A stretch of 63,885 nucleotides of DNA, filler included, from Octopus bimaculoides (GCF_001194135.2; 7 parts of 5 records of this genome joined end to end with filler, not necessarily neighbours in it), one strand, 5' to 3'. Positions 1-13,555 are shown, numbered from the whole stretch's first letter. The notes: a model not told the origin generated them from the sequence alone. A program made the numbers and translations.

Positions 1-177
1 ATACACACACGCGCGTACATATATATATTTATGAGTGTGTATGTGTTCGAGAATGTGTATGTGGTTGTTAAAATAAACTTTACGTATGTCGGTGTGAGTG
101 ACCTACGTATATACATATATATATTTAAACTAATATATATGCGTGTGCGTGTGTGTAAATGTCTGTGCCTGTTTGTG

Positions 178-226
<49 letters not shown>

Positions 227-1233
227 GAGTATGTAGGTATGTGGGTAGGGGTATATTGACTGGTACATTTAAGTTCGTCTGTCGTATCTAGCTTGACACT
301 TAAATCTCAAACGATTTCCTACTACGGATTGGAAAAACCAAAGCTAGTAGGACAATACGTCCAGCTCAACGGTATAGTGATTTCTTAAGTAGAAATATAG
401 ATTTTACTGCCTTGCTTGTAAGTTATAGTACTAATGCACCTATCGGAATATGAACGTTCAGTTGTAATGATACGATTCCATTATTGTATCCACTCGACTG
501 CTTGTTACCTACTAAATGATGTTTCAATATCAATGCTTTAATTCTGTATATATATATGTTGATACAGACTTACAATAATATATACGCGCAGTGCATTAAA
601 CAGAAGTATTAACGCTCCTTACCAACTGCAAATCAGAAGCCATATATATTTGTGACAATGTTACAAGATTGAGAACTTGCAACTCGCTTTTAAATCTAAA
701 TGCATTTAATAGCTCCAGTTCTCAGGTTACTAACTTCGGTTTGGAACGCTTATTTACATGTACATTATCCATTATTCAAAATATCTAAGACAGGTCTCTC
801 AGAATCTAAAGAAAAGTCTGTTCCCATGTACGAAGTATGCTACTTGTAAAATGTATGGTAATTATATGCAAACTGAATACACTGCCGGAATTTTACCAAA
901 CCTTCACGATAGAAGTCTATTATTTATATAATAGAAATATGTTTCAAAAAGAAAATAGAAACTACACGTGGAAAAGATATGGGGAAAGTAAGAAGAAAGC
1001 GAAAATGCACATTGAATATCTAAAAAATAAAGGCTTTTTTTCTTGAAAAATACCGGTAAATTACTACAATTAAATGAATTGAGGTAGAATTAAGAGGAAT
1101 TAAATTCATTATTTTGAATTCTTAAAGAGATTCAAAGTCAAACCGGTATCGACATTGCTGTTCACTGGCGTGTGTATAGATATGTGTATATGTATGTATA
1201 TATATATATGTGTGTATACGTATATATGTGTAT

Positions 1234-1295
<62 letters not shown>

Positions 1296-2784
1296 ATATC
1301 GGGGGTTAGATCTGGTTGAACAGCGATCTCGATTTTGTTTCTCTGTCTCTAGGGGCCCGACCGACCACGTAGATAATACCTTCCTTCTTTTGCCAGACCT
1401 TTCTGTTCGTATTCGGCAGAACATTTTGGGGAGAAAATGCTGCATTAATATTGTGTTAAATCGTATGAAGTTTCTTACCATCAGCAATATGCGGGTGTGA
1501 GTGTATGTGTGTGTGTATATGTGTGTGTGCGTATGTATGTGTTTGTGTGCGTGTTCCTTATTTTAAGGCGCTCTGTCTTATTGATGCCGTGCTTTATTGT
1601 TATAGCAACAACATCGAGGCGTATATGGTAGAAATAACTTAACGGCGTAATCGGGAAGCTGCTAACTCAGGTGTGAAACAAGCTGCTGATCCAGATATGA
1701 GAGAAGCTAGCTGCTGATTCAGAAATGCATGGCATTTTGACATTTTTGTTCCGTTTAGTGGACCTAAAGCTAGCTTTCAAGCGAGAAGTCTTGATGCACC
1801 GTAAACTTTAAAAAAGCATAATGTAATGCTTTAGAATACCCGAAGAAATGATTAAGTCATTAAAATTGATTTAGTCATAATTTTGTTACGCAAAAGTATA
1901 ATTTATCAAACACTGTAAAAAATAGCTTCCCATTACACGTTTCCTTATTTTTTTTTCTATTTCATAAGGTATATCACCCAAAGGTTCAGATTCGATTTTG
2001 TTTCTTCCTTTAGCGTTTCAAGTTCATTGTACATTTCTCTGTTTGTTGGTTTATCCTTTATATTTCTACGCTTTTCGAACACATGGTTTTACGTATGACA
2101 CCACGTAGTATTTTTGGTGTTTTTCTTCCTTTATTGCGTCAAATTTAAGTCATATTAAGTGATCTTTACCTACATACAGGTGTGTATGTGTGTGTGCGTG
2201 TGTGTCTGCGTGCTTCTGCGAGTGCATGTGTATGCGTGTGTATAAGTGAGCAAGTAACATAAGTGAATGAAGTACGCAAAACGTCTAAAGGGTTTTGTTT
2301 AAACAGCAAATAAGCAAGAGCATGTTGTGCGACTTTATATTAGTAATTCACTTAAAACAGTGTGCTGATGATTTGTTTATGTATAATAGATCGATAGATC
2401 CTTATAGATAGGGATTCCGATAAAAATCACTAATATTGGATTTGTATATTACCCTAAGGTTTCTGTCGTTTCAAGAGATGTTCAGTTCTATACATATATG
2501 CCTGTGTGCGTCTTTATATTTCTAACCAGATTTTAGTATATCTTGCGAAGCTAGCTTCTGTTTCATTCATTTTATAAACTTACATGCCATTCCGATTTTT
2601 GACTGATATATCTCGTAATCTCATTAACTTCAAAAAACTGTAGATAAAGACTGATATTCTGAGGCTATTGCATTTAACCAATGCATTAACTCCATTAAAT
2701 TCATTATCTGCTGTATCTCTATCTTACTTTGTGTAGGAGAAACAGTACACAGAGAAAACAAGATTTTTCATGACTTAAGAAAGA

Positions 2785-3480
2785 AAGTGCATTCCAGAAG
2801 TTTGGAGACTTTTTTAGGAGAGACATCTGTTAATTTCAAAGAAATCCAAACCTCCTTCAAAATACAAATCTCCTTTAAACTTCAGTGCACTTGTAGCGCT
2901 ACCAGCCCCTTCGTGAAAGCCCCGTAAAAGTCCTCCTCCACATCGAAGGTGTCTATGACCCTCGTTACGGTCTCCTTAATCCTCTACTTCAGCTCGGATG
3001 TCAACCAAAAATCACAGGGTGTAAGGTCTGGATTACGGAGAGGCTGAAGGACAGTTTTGGTGTCCACCTTTGGAACGTAGTTAGATGACACTAGGATGGA
3101 ATTATGGATCGGTGCATTGTCCTGGTGTAAGTGTTCTGGACTCCTGCGACGAAATCTCTTCCTGATCTCCTATAAAACCTTCACGAAGGACACTTTGCTA
3201 ACCGCCTGGCCAAAGGGAATCCAGTGGATGTAGATGATGCCTTTACTATCAGAAAAGGGTATCATGATAATTTTCCTCATTGCCTTGCTTTGCCTGGCCT
3301 CTTGTGCAAGCGAAAAACATATACTCGGTACATACAACTTAATCAATAAGCATTCTGGGACATTTCATATATTTCTTTGCAAATTTTTACCCTGTTTAAC
3401 ACAAAGCTTTATTGCATAGCGGGCTTCCAAATTGTCTCCACATCCCGATTACATTCTGTGACAAGTAGTGTTTAATAAGG
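2785..3480 (-). mobile_element. Degenerate mariner (DD34D-type) transposon, 3' half
   Basis: Minus-strand translation gives KIIMIPFSDSKGIIYIHWIPFGQAV...LHQDNAPIHNSILV...NPDLTPCDFWL, typical mariner catalytic motifs, with stops. A TIR-like segment gtgcattccagaagtttggagacttttt lies near 2787-2815. The 5' boundary is approximate. Confidence 0.8.
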
Positions 3481-4169
3481 TGTCTTCAAAGTGTTGTTAC
3501 AGCCGCCTCCTTCAATCTGGAATATCAAAAGTTACCAGATCAGCTTATTAGACGTCTAATAACGACATACTAAAATTATAATCTAGGACAGTTATAACTG
3601 CTTCTCCTACAGAAGTCTCAGAACATCTGGAATGCACTTCATATGTGCAACAATGTAGCAGAGCAACAAAACAGTCACTATATTTAACGATGGTGATTTC
3701 ACTACTCTTTTGATGAGAATATTTTCTGTCGATGTTTTATTTCTTGGATGTGAATGTGAACGAAAACCTGATCATTCTCCAGTGACAAAACCCTACCCAA
3801 CTCACAAGAATTTTTTTCTAAACACTTTTTCCTTGACTCACATCAATCTCAGAAACTCGGAAACTTTTCAATGCTGAAAAAGGTCAAAGATTGCTTCCAT
3901 TCCTCCTTAAGCTATTACCACCACCCCTACCTACCTATTCTAAAACATATTTGCAATCTTGTTATTATTATTGGTTTTTATATATTTTTTTTTTTTGAAA
4001 ATTTCTTTTCACGAAAGAAAATTTTAAAAATTCGTTTTAGTCAAAGATCGACAATTGCACGTACACATATTCGCAAACGCAGCAACTCTCACACATACGT
4101 ATTCATGTGCGTGTTTTTTTATGTTATTTACAAGCGCATGCATGTGTGCATGCGTCTGTATGAGCGGTG

Positions 4170-4330
4170 TCTGTGTAGTCTGGGTTCCCTGTCGGTTTCG
4201 ACGAGGAGAATTCAATTGTTCGTGTAACTGAATTAGCGCTGAAGTGCCTGCGCATTTCACAGTTACATGTGCCCCTAAATTAATTTCCAGGCATCGCAGT
4301 ATGACACATCAGCTGACAAGGCTGTATCTT
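4170..4330 (-). mobile_element. Diverged 3' tail of SINE family E
   Basis: Reverse complement loosely aligns with the tail at 51850-52010 (cagccttgtca...gtgtca...gcactt...taattc). Confidence 0.4.
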
Positions 4331-4719
4331 CCAACTACAGATGAAATCAACCCGGCCATTTTCTATACAGTTTCCATCCGCCCAATTTCCTTCACAAGTT
4401 ATCGGTTAATCCGAGTTTATTGGAAATTACATTCGCCATAAGATGGCACGCTGTAAGAACGAATCTGATAACTCGTGGTTGTCACACATAGATGTCACTT
4501 TTGCATTTGCATGCAAACGCCTACTCATAAACATTAACGCATAATACTCGCATAAACATGTATCTCCATATTTAAGGTAATAATTTATGTAAATAAATCT
4601 ATTTTATCTAAAAATATAACACATTATGCACAAATGCACACGCTTAAGAATGTATAAATATACACATGTACACATTATTCACAGATGCATAATGAAAGAC
4701 ACATGATACACACGGAACA

Positions 4720-4761
<42 letters not shown>

Positions 4762-5289
4762 NNNNNNNNNNTATATACATGCACACACACACACAACACA
4801 CACACACATATATTATATGAAGATATATGCATCACACATGCATACAAACAAAAATATTTTAATCAAGTCGTTATGTTAAGATTGAAGTTTTACCGATACA
4901 GAAATTGGAGTGGAAAAAAATTCATAATTTAATGCACTCATAAGCTCATAAGCGCTCACATACTAGCACTCGAAACACACAAGCACATACACACACAAAC
5001 TTCTCTCCCGCAAATACATACAACATACGCACAAAAACATAGAGTCGTTCACAGACATGCCAGCAGATATGGATATAAGTAAATGTTATAAATTGATATT
5101 CTGCTCGGTATCAAATATGTCATTTCCTGGTGGCGGTTAATTTAATACCTGATAGACATACGGAGATCAAATACAGACGTTTCTAAATCTATTACCAAAA
5201 TATATAGTGTATTATAGTGCAGAGTGTCTTTTATGTCAGGAAACGCACCACCTATATACACATGCATACATGCACTCATACTTACCAAC

Positions 5290-5354
<65 letters not shown>

Positions 5355-5510
5355 AAGAAATGTAATCAATATGGATATCATTCGGTTTTGTCACAGTGAA
5401 ATCTTTAAATTATTCCCTTCTTTCTTAGGAAAGAAGAAACATATTAAATGATACAGTTTTAAACTACACACAAACAAGAAAGAGAAGATATGATTGATGT
5501 GGCTTTTATG

Positions 5511-5550
<40 letters not shown>

Positions 5551-5640
5551 TATGTATGTATATATAAATATGAACATGTGTGCGTATGTCTATATATAAA
5601 TTCTCGTATATTCCATCTTCTGTATTTCATTTGCTATATA

Positions 5641-6702
5641 AAGGGGTTGCACAAAATAATGGAAACACCTAGCATCATAGCATCATAATTTTGAACTATC
5701 TATAAAACCGTCAAAAGCTTGTTTATTTTTATGTTTTTCCATTTATTATTAGTGTTGCTTAAAACGTTTTGCTAAAATTGCTGTTTCTTTTCAGATATCA
5801 TCAGAAAAAGATAATTAAAATTCCTTAAAATGACAGATCTATCGGACTTTCAAAGAGGTCAAATTGTTGGTGCTCGTATGGCAGGCGCTAGTGTAACGAA
5901 AATAGCCGAAATGTTTGGAGTATCAAGAAGAACTGTCTCAAAAGTAATGACAGCCTTTGAGAAAGAGGAGAAAACCTCCTCGTCGAAACAAATCTCCGGA
6001 AGAAACACAAAACTTTCAGATAGGTACCGTCGGATTCTTACGCGAATTGTTAGAAAGGGTTACAAAAGTACAGCTCCCAAAATTACTGCGGAGCTTAATT
6101 ACCACCTCGAGAACCCAGTTTTCACAAAACTGTTCGCCGTGAACAGCATAAAGCCGGATTGCACGGGAGAGCTGCAATTAGAAAACCACTACTTTCAAAA
6201 ACAAACGTTGCAAAGCGTTTAGAGTGGAGTAAAAACCTACAAAATTGGTCACTAGAGCAGTGGAAGAATGTTCTTTTCTCGGACGAGTCATCCTTTACCT
6301 TATTTCCGACCACCGGCCGAGTATACGTGTGGAGACAGCCAAAAGAAGCATTTGACTCAGACTTCCGTTTTCCAAGTGTTAAACATGGAGGAGGATCTGT
6401 GATGACCTGGGAGACTATATCTTGGAAATCCGCCAGCCCAATGGTTTCCATTCATGGCAGAATTAATAGTCAAGACTATTAACGCATTTTATCTGATCAA
6501 ATTCATCCTAAGGTTGCGGAACTGTTTCCGGGGGAAAACGCAATCTTTCAGGATAATAATGCACCAATTCACAGAGCTAATGTTGTTACTGAATAGCACG
6601 AAGAACGTTCTAGTGAAGTTCAACATCTTATCTGGCCAACACAGTCCGCAGATCTCAAATTTATCGAACATTTATGGTGCATTTTAGAAAAACAAGTACA
6701 AG
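5641..6702 (+). mobile_element. Tc1-superfamily transposon, DD36E (Incomer-like), 3'-truncated pseudo-transposase
   Basis: TA then TIR-like aggggttgcacaaaataatggaaacacc at 5641. ATG at 5830 gives MTDLSDFQRGQIVGARMAGASVTK (paired-like HTH). One frameshift near 6128, then RAAIRKPLL...FSDES...KHGGGSVM...FQDNNAPIH...WPTQSADLKFIEHLW. In-frame stops near 6480 and 6594; no right TIR. Confidence 0.92.
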
Positions 6703-7549
6703 AACTGGGGAGGTCATCGGTATCACCAGCGGCCAACAACCACCACCACTTCCATAGCCAGGACTAACCTATCACCTGATTTTGGGCTTGATATTGTAAA
6801 TTTTCGCTCTCATTTTCTCGACATATATATATATATATATATATATANNNNNNNNNNNNNNNNNNNNNNNNNNNNNNNNNNNNNNNNNNNNNNNNNNNNN
6901 NNNNNNNNNNNNNNNNNNNNNNNNNNNNNNNNNNNNNNNNNNNNNNNNNNNNNNNNNNNNNNNNNNNNNNNNNNNNNNNNNNNNNNNNNNNNNNNNNNNN
7001 NNNNNNNNNNNNNNNNNNNNNNNNNNNNNNNNNNNNNNNNNNNNNNNNNNNNNNNNNNNNNNNNNNNNNNNNNNNNNNNNNNNNNNNNNNNNNNNNNNNN
7101 NNNNNNNNNNNNNNNNNNNNNNNNNNNNNNNNNNNNNNNNNNNNNNNNNNNNNNNNNNNNNNNNNNNNNNNNNNNNNNNNNNNNNNNNNNNNNNNNNNNN
7201 NNNNNNNNNNNNNNNNNNNNNNNNNNNNNNNNNNNNNNNNNNNNNNNNNNNNNNNNNNNNNNNNNNNNNNNNNNNNNNNNNNNNNNNNNNNNNNNNNNNN
7301 NNNNNNNNNNNNNNNNNNNNNNNNNNNNNNNNNNNNNNNNNNNNNNNNNNNNNNNNNNNNNNNNNNNNNNNNNNNNNNNNNNNNNNNNNNNNNNNNNNNN
7401 NNNNNNNNNNNNNNNNNNNNNNNNNNNNNNNNNNNNNNNNNNNNNNNNNNNNNNNNNNNNNNNNNNNNNNNNNNNNNNNNNNNNNNNNNNNNNNNNNNNN
7501 NNNNNNNNNNNNNNNNNNNNNNNNNNNNNNNNNNNNNNNNNNNNNNNNN

Positions 7550-7594
<45 letters not shown>

Positions 7595-8542
7595 TATATG
7601 TCTGTATGTATATGTATATGTATACATTTCAGGGTAACAACAAAACATTTTCTGGATGAAATGGTCGTATAAGGAGATCATTACACCATCTAACTAGTAA
7701 TTTGTCCACATATATTTCTGGGCAAGCCTCAGAAAACTAGCCAAATTATTTAACTTTTGGGGGTATTTTGTCTGCATTTAACAAAATGGCTATGTCACGT
7801 CGATTATCGGATTGCATTCAAGAGATTTTGTCTTTAAATGAATAAATCATAGATTGTTGAGCTTGTGGGTGGGGTCTAGTTCTGCTGGCGGTTCGATCAA
7901 GAAAGGCTGACAGAATCAAAAATATACATATTTACTTAGGTCGATCTGCTCGACTGAGTACAGTAATACGTAAAGAAAATTCGGGGACCAATTTCGCTGT
8001 TATTTCTAGCAAATTTAGCGATCTTTTTTTTGGCAAATTCGCAGGAAGCTTCCCTTATTGTTACACAAACTCATTCACCTAAATACAACCATATTATAGC
8101 AGTGACTACAGTGGCGAACATTCAGAGCAGATTATCTGTAACCAACATATATGTAAAGAGCCTCCTTGATTTCTATTAGCTTCTATTATGCATCATTGAA
8201 ATGCTTATCCCACAGGCACATGTGATTTCCATTATAGCTCCATGCGTGATTTGTAATTCCAAATTTCATTGTTTCATTGTTAACTAAGGATTTACAATGA
8301 TATTATTTTTCAACCTTTATTATGATTATCATTATTATTATTATTTCACATCTAACTGCATTTCCATTTTCATGTTCCTTAATATCTTTATAAAAACACT
8401 CACACACACACACACACACACACAAACACAAAGATATATATANNNNNNNNNNNNNNNNNNNNNNNNNNNNNNNNNNNNNNNNNNNNTTAATTAATTAANN
8501 NNNNNNNNNNNNNNNNNNNNNNNNNNNNNNNNNNNNNNNNNN

Positions 8543-8574
<32 letters not shown>

Positions 8575-9021
8575 ATGTATTTGTATGTGTAGGCAGAAAG
8601 ATAAAGGGACTGGCCATGTAGTAATATAGGAATGGTGGTGGATGACGGTGGGAGGGCAGTGTGAGGGTGACAGAGTGAAGTAGGTGGCTGTTTTACTGTG
8701 AAGCTATGTTTATGTATGTATGGGTATGTGTATTCATATGAATGTGACTGTATGCATGTTTATATATATAATGCATATATATATACATATATATATGTAA
8801 ATACACACACACACATATATACACACACACACACACACATACATACATGAGTACACTCACACACATACATACATATATACACACAAACACGCACGCACAA
8901 CAGGTATTAACTACAAATTTCAGTCATCTCTTATGTGGTAACCTAATACACGTGGACGAATTGTAAACGCTGTTTATTGCAGCATTAGATACATATATAT
9001 GTGTATATTGCATACACATGT

Positions 9022-9059
<38 letters not shown>

Positions 9060-9539
9060 CCTTATGCATATGAAAAAGAAATATGAATAGTGTGATATAT
9101 TTATTGTTGTGTATATCTGTACGTGTGTGTATATAGATGTGTGTATGTGTAAAACAAACATTAATATTGTTATATATATATATAACAATATTAATGAACT
9201 CACACACACACGCGCGCAATACTTCAGGTTTACTCCCCCCCCCACCATTCGTCCCTCAATGTTTCCCCGACAACACACCCACCACCTGTCACCACCACCA
9301 CCACCACCACCATCATCAAAACTTGTAATGTTTTCACCACAATGTAACTGTAGACTGTAATTGATCTACCGGATTTTTACCCCTCCCTCCACCTCCACTC
9401 TCCCATTCTGTTTCTGTCAACCCCTCTACATGTCTCTGTGTTTCTATATCTGTCTGTCTCTGTCTATCTGTCAGTTTCTGTCTCACTTTTCCTCTGTCTC
9501 TGTCTATATAGATGTCTCATTCTGTGTGTGTGTGTGTAT

Positions 9540-9575
<36 letters not shown>

Positions 9576-9750
9576 GTATACACACACACATATACATATA
9601 TATGTATATATATATACTTATGTATGTGTGTATAATCATCCACCTACCTTTCTGTGCATCTATCTATCTATCTATCTATATATATATATATGTGTGTGTG
9701 TGTGTGCATATATGCGCATATGTATATATATGTGCATATATATGTATATA

Positions 9751-9804
<54 letters not shown>

Positions 9805-10621
9805 CACACACACATGCATATATACATATATATGCTTCTTGCTATTTATGCCTGTTTATATACATGTACATATATGTGTTTGTGTGTGTATGTATNNNNN
9901 NNNNNNNNNNNNNNNNNNNNNNNNNNNNNNNNNNNNNNNNNNNNNNNNNNNNNNNNNNNNNNNNNNNNNNNNNNNNNNNNNNNNNNNNNNNNNNNNNNNN
10001 NNNNNNNNNNNNNNNNNNNNNNNNNNNNNNNNNNNNNNNNNNNNNNNNNNNNNNNNNNNNNNNNNNNNNNNNNNNNNNNNNNNNNNNNNNNNNNNNNNNN
10101 NNNNNNNNNNNNNNNNNNNNNNNNNNNNNNNNNNNNNNNNNNNNNNNNNNNNNNNNNNNNNNNNNNNNNNNNNNNNNNNNNNNNNNNNNNNNNNNNNNNN
10201 NNNNNNNNNNNNNNNNNNNNNNNNNNNNNNNNNNNNNNNNNNNNNNNNNNNNNNNNNNNNNNNNNNNNNNNNNNNNNNNNNNNNNNNNNNNNNNNNNNNN
10301 NNNNNNNNNNNNNNNNNNNNNNNNNNNNNNNNNNNNNNNNNNNNNNNNNNNNNNNNNNNNNNNNNNNNNNNNNNNNNNNNNNNNNNNNNNNNNNNNNNNN
10401 NNNNNNNNNNNNNNNNNNNNNNNNNNNNNNNNNNNNNNNNNNNNNNNNNNNNNNNNNNNNNNNNNNNNNNNNNNNNNNNNNNNNNNNNNNNNNNNNNNNN
10501 NNNNNNNNNNNNNNNNNNNNNNNNNNNNNNNNNNNNNNNNNNNNNNNNNNNNNNNNNNNNNNNNNNNNNNNNNNNNNNNNNNNNNNNNNNNNNNNNNNNN
10601 NNNNNNNNNNNNNNNNNNNNN

Positions 10622-10835
10622 CGTTGCCAGTACCAGGTGACTGGCCTTCGTGCCGGTGGCACGTAAAAGCACCCGCTACACTCTCAGAGTGCTTGGCATT
10701 AGGAAGGGCATCCAGCTGTAGAAATTCTGCCAAATCAGATTGGAGCCTAGTGTAGCCACCTGGTTCACCAGTCCTTTGTCAAATCGTCCAACTCATGCTA
10801 GCATGGAAAGCGGACGTTAAATGATGATGATGATA
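10622..10835 (+). mobile_element. SINE-like repeat family C (ttggcattaggaagggcatccagctgtag core, (GAT)n tail; probably RTE-mobilised)
   Basis: Repeated in the window at 16940-17075(-), 17380-17510, 17640-17830 and 18735-18970; ends gcggacgttaaatgatgatgatgat. Confidence 0.8.
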
Positions 10836-11628
10836 TATATATAGGTTCATAGTTCTTAAGTCCACTTTTTCCAAGTTAATATATATACATATACATACAT
10901 GTATACAACGTGTATCTGTGTTTCTGTATATGTATGTGTGTACACACATACGTCGTTGCTTGACTTTTGCCAAACTCTGCAATCCAGCATGGAAGATGGA
11001 TGTTAAATGATAGATAGATAGATCGATAGATAGATAGAGCAAGCTTTTCTATGTAATTGTATTGCATATATTTTTGTATTGTAATGCTGATATCTGTGAA
11101 AAATGGCATTTTTCTTGATTGCTATTATTTATGAAGCTGTGTTCACTGGTAATTTTCAGTTTTGTGAGTTAAGAAAATGCTAATTTTATGTCTTATATCA
11201 TTCATTTTGTTATAATTCCAAACTGTTATACATCACAAGAAGAGGCAGACAGTATTACGAGCTCTGCAGTTCATTGTTGTTCTGGTGGAAAGATGTTCGC
11301 TTGACCCAACATTGTTGAACATTGAACATAGAAGTGATAGAGAAACATGGATCTGTTGATTCAATTTCAGCAACCCTTAGGGACTGTCCCTGAGGTTTCT
11401 CTTATCTTTTATCATTTACTTGTTTCAGTCATTAGACTGTGGCCATGCTGGTGTACAGACTTGAAGAATTTCAGTTGGAATGAATCAGTTCCAGTACTTA
11501 TTTATTTTTTTTTTTTTTGAAAATCCTGGTACACACACAGATATATATATATATATATATATATANNNNNNNNNNNNNNNNNNNNNNNNNNNNNNNNNNN
11601 CACACACAATAGGCTTCTTTCAGTTTCT

Positions 11629-11855
11629 TATTTTTTTACTGCCCACAAGGGGCTACACACAGAGGTGACAAACAAGGACAGACAAACGGATTAAGTCGAT
11701 TATATCGACCCCCAGTGCTTAACTGGTACTTACTTAATCGACCCCGAACGGATGAAAGGCAAAGTCAACCTCTGCGGAATTTGAACTCAGAATGTAGCGG
11801 CAGACGAAATACTGCTAAGCATTTCGCCCGGCGTGCTAACGTTTCTGCCAGCTCA
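11629..11855 (-). mobile_element. SINE family B copy with tail type 2, inserted into a family A SINE
   Basis: tRNA-like head with gagttcaaattcc B-box; 12-bp TSD ctttcagtttct at 11617-11628 and 11856-11867. Confidence 0.9.
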
Positions 11856-11993
11856 CTTTCAGTTTCTGGCTACCAAATCCACTCACAAGGCTCTGGTCAG
11901 CCTAAGGCTGTAGTAAAAGATTCTTGCCCAAGGTTCCACACAGTAGAATTGAATCCGGGACCATGTGATTGGGAAGCAAACTTCTTACCACAT
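11856..11993 (-). mobile_element. SINE family A head (host of the family B insertion)
   Basis: Reverse complement matches gtggtaagaagtttgcttcccaatcacatggtcccgg...ccttgggcaag...gtgagtggatttggtag. Confidence 0.85.
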
Positions 11994-12047
11994 ATCCACT
12001 TGATGATCATACAAAAAAAGGCAATGAATTCGGAAACTGAAGACAGT

Positions 12048-12613
12048 TTAACCTTTCAGTTTTTAAACTGCCCATATCTGACCTGCATATTCTTGTTTTA
12101 TGTTAAAGCCAGCCAGATCTAGTTTCTCACATCTACCTTAGAATGTAATTCTAAAAGAAAACAACCACAACATTGAAATCTTGAAGCTATGAGATAAGGC
12201 ATGATTAAATTAAAACGTGAATAAATAAGCATTACATTTGATGGAAGGCGTATGACTCAGTGAAGGCTCATGGCTCAGTGGTTAGTGAGTTCGATTCCCG
12301 GACCAGACTGTGTGTTGTGTTCTTGAGCAAGACACTTTATTACACTTTGCTCCAGTTCACTCAGCTGTAGAAATAATAAGTTGCAGCGTCACCGGTGCCG
12401 AGCTGTATCGGTCTTTGTCTGTCCCTTGGACAACACTGGTGGCTGGGAGAGGGGAGGCTGGTATGCATGGGCAACTACTGGTCTTCCACAAACAACCTTG
12501 CCTGGACTTGTGCCTCGGTGGGGAACTTTCTAGGTGCAATCCCATAGTCTGAAGAGGGTCTTTCCCCTTACTGTTTACTCTTGACACAGTGATCTGAAAT
12601 GCTAAAAGCTTAA
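12048..12613. mobile_element. TTAA-flanked MITE (piggyBac-like ends) interrupted by a SINE
   Basis: Starts ttaaccttt (12048) and ends aaaagcttaa (12613). Related right ends aagggttaa occur at about 14098 and 17888. Confidence 0.6.
12243..12590 (+). mobile_element. tRNA-derived SINE family D
   Basis: A-box tggctcagtgg, B-box gagttcgattcc, then gtgttgtgttcttgagcaagacactt. A second head lies on the minus strand at about 13790-13952. Confidence 0.8.
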
Positions 12614-12785
12614 ATAAGAAAAGAAAATGACATATTTGGATAATTTAGTGCTAGATACCTCTGAAAAGGCAAGATGGTCATGATTGGAATGCTTTTGATC
12701 ATTAGTTTACTCAATGAAATTTGAAAAAGGGACCAAGGGCTAAAGAACCACTGTTACAGTATTTTAATAACTCTATGCTGGTCAC

Positions 12786-12960
12786 CTGAGTGAGTCATTC
12801 CATCTGGTACCAAATGAAGAGAGGAATATTGTTAGATTCTGTAGTTTGCTGCCATTGTTGTTGATGGTGATGACGATGATGATGATGATGTTGCTGCTTC
12901 TGCTTATCTTTTGTAACAGAGTTGCTCTTCTGGTGGGGCTTGACCCAATTTTTAGGATGT
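12786..12960 (-). CDS. Candidate exon (frame unresolved), possibly of the NTPase gene
   Basis: Long polypyrimidine tract then ctgtag acceptor (AG at 12962-12961); possible donor cag/gtgac at 12785. Two frames are open for more than 50 codons, but the segment contains a (CAT)n repeat. Confidence 0.25.
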
Positions 12961-13264
12961 CTACAGACAAAAGAAAAAACAAAAAAACAAAAAAAAAAAC
13001 AGAAATGCCTCACTCTCTCCTCCTTCCTGAACGATGTTCCATGTCCCTCCCCTTAGAATTTTGGGAATTGATGTGTCGTTGATAACATTAAATACTCGAG
13101 TCTAATAATACAAGCAACACACCTGGTGTCTACATGTTAATCTATGTAGATGAATTTCTAACATTGTAGAGTGTGACATCATAGTGTGAAAGGGAGATAA
13201 TTTGTCCAATTCATTTCACTTGTATGTTCTTTTGCTGGTTTCAGCCATGTTAGAGCACCGCCTT

Positions 13265-13445
13265 TCCAAAAATGTGGAGCTCCTTGGTGGGGAATTCTTC
13301 GAAACGCTTAGTTTTAGAATGGTGGCAGCTGATGAAGGAAATGTTCTCTATGTGGCCTGTGTGTTTTCTGTGCTCTGTTTATGTTGTGTTTTTAATTTTT
13401 CCCACGTTTTTTTGTGATGTCCTGTACCCAGATATGCATCTATAT
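13265..13445 (+). mobile_element. Penelope-like terminal-repeat fragment
   Basis: Ends gtgatgtcctgtacccagatatgc, a motif shared with 42817 and 43077. It has a pyrimidine-rich tail and degenerate ctgatgaag and cgaaac motifs. Confidence 0.45.
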
Positions 13446-13514
13446 ATATAGACATGTAGATGTAGGTATGTACATAAATGTACGTATACATGCATATACT
13501 CATATATTATTTGT

Positions 13515-13552
<38 letters not shown>

Positions 13553-13555
<3 letters not shown>

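Noticed and set aside
837-1046. 69-aa ORF in unique AT-rich sequence
   Set aside because: No motif, AT-rich composition, and a length expected by chance
8487-8498. TTAATTAATTAA recurring at 8487, 18308, 27067, 42655, 58896 and 61067
   Set aside because: Each copy sits in the middle of a 100-base N block. It is an artificial scaffolding spacer with stops in all frames, not biology. Adjacency across these joins is uncertain.
6764-10755. Long ORFs such as 9361-10755, 6764-7681, 33030-34031, 37185-38291 and 55074-56621
   Set aside because: They are open only because they run through N gaps and (TA)/(TG)/(CA) microsatellites
12255-12300. tRNA-like A/B boxes here and at 51658, 56895, 61782 and 63588
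   Set aside because: No complete cloverleaf; all continue into SINE bodies, so they are not tRNA genes
13270-13345. cgaaac followed downstream by ctgatgaag
   Set aside because: The motifs are in the wrong order, with no pairing partners for a type II or III hammerhead
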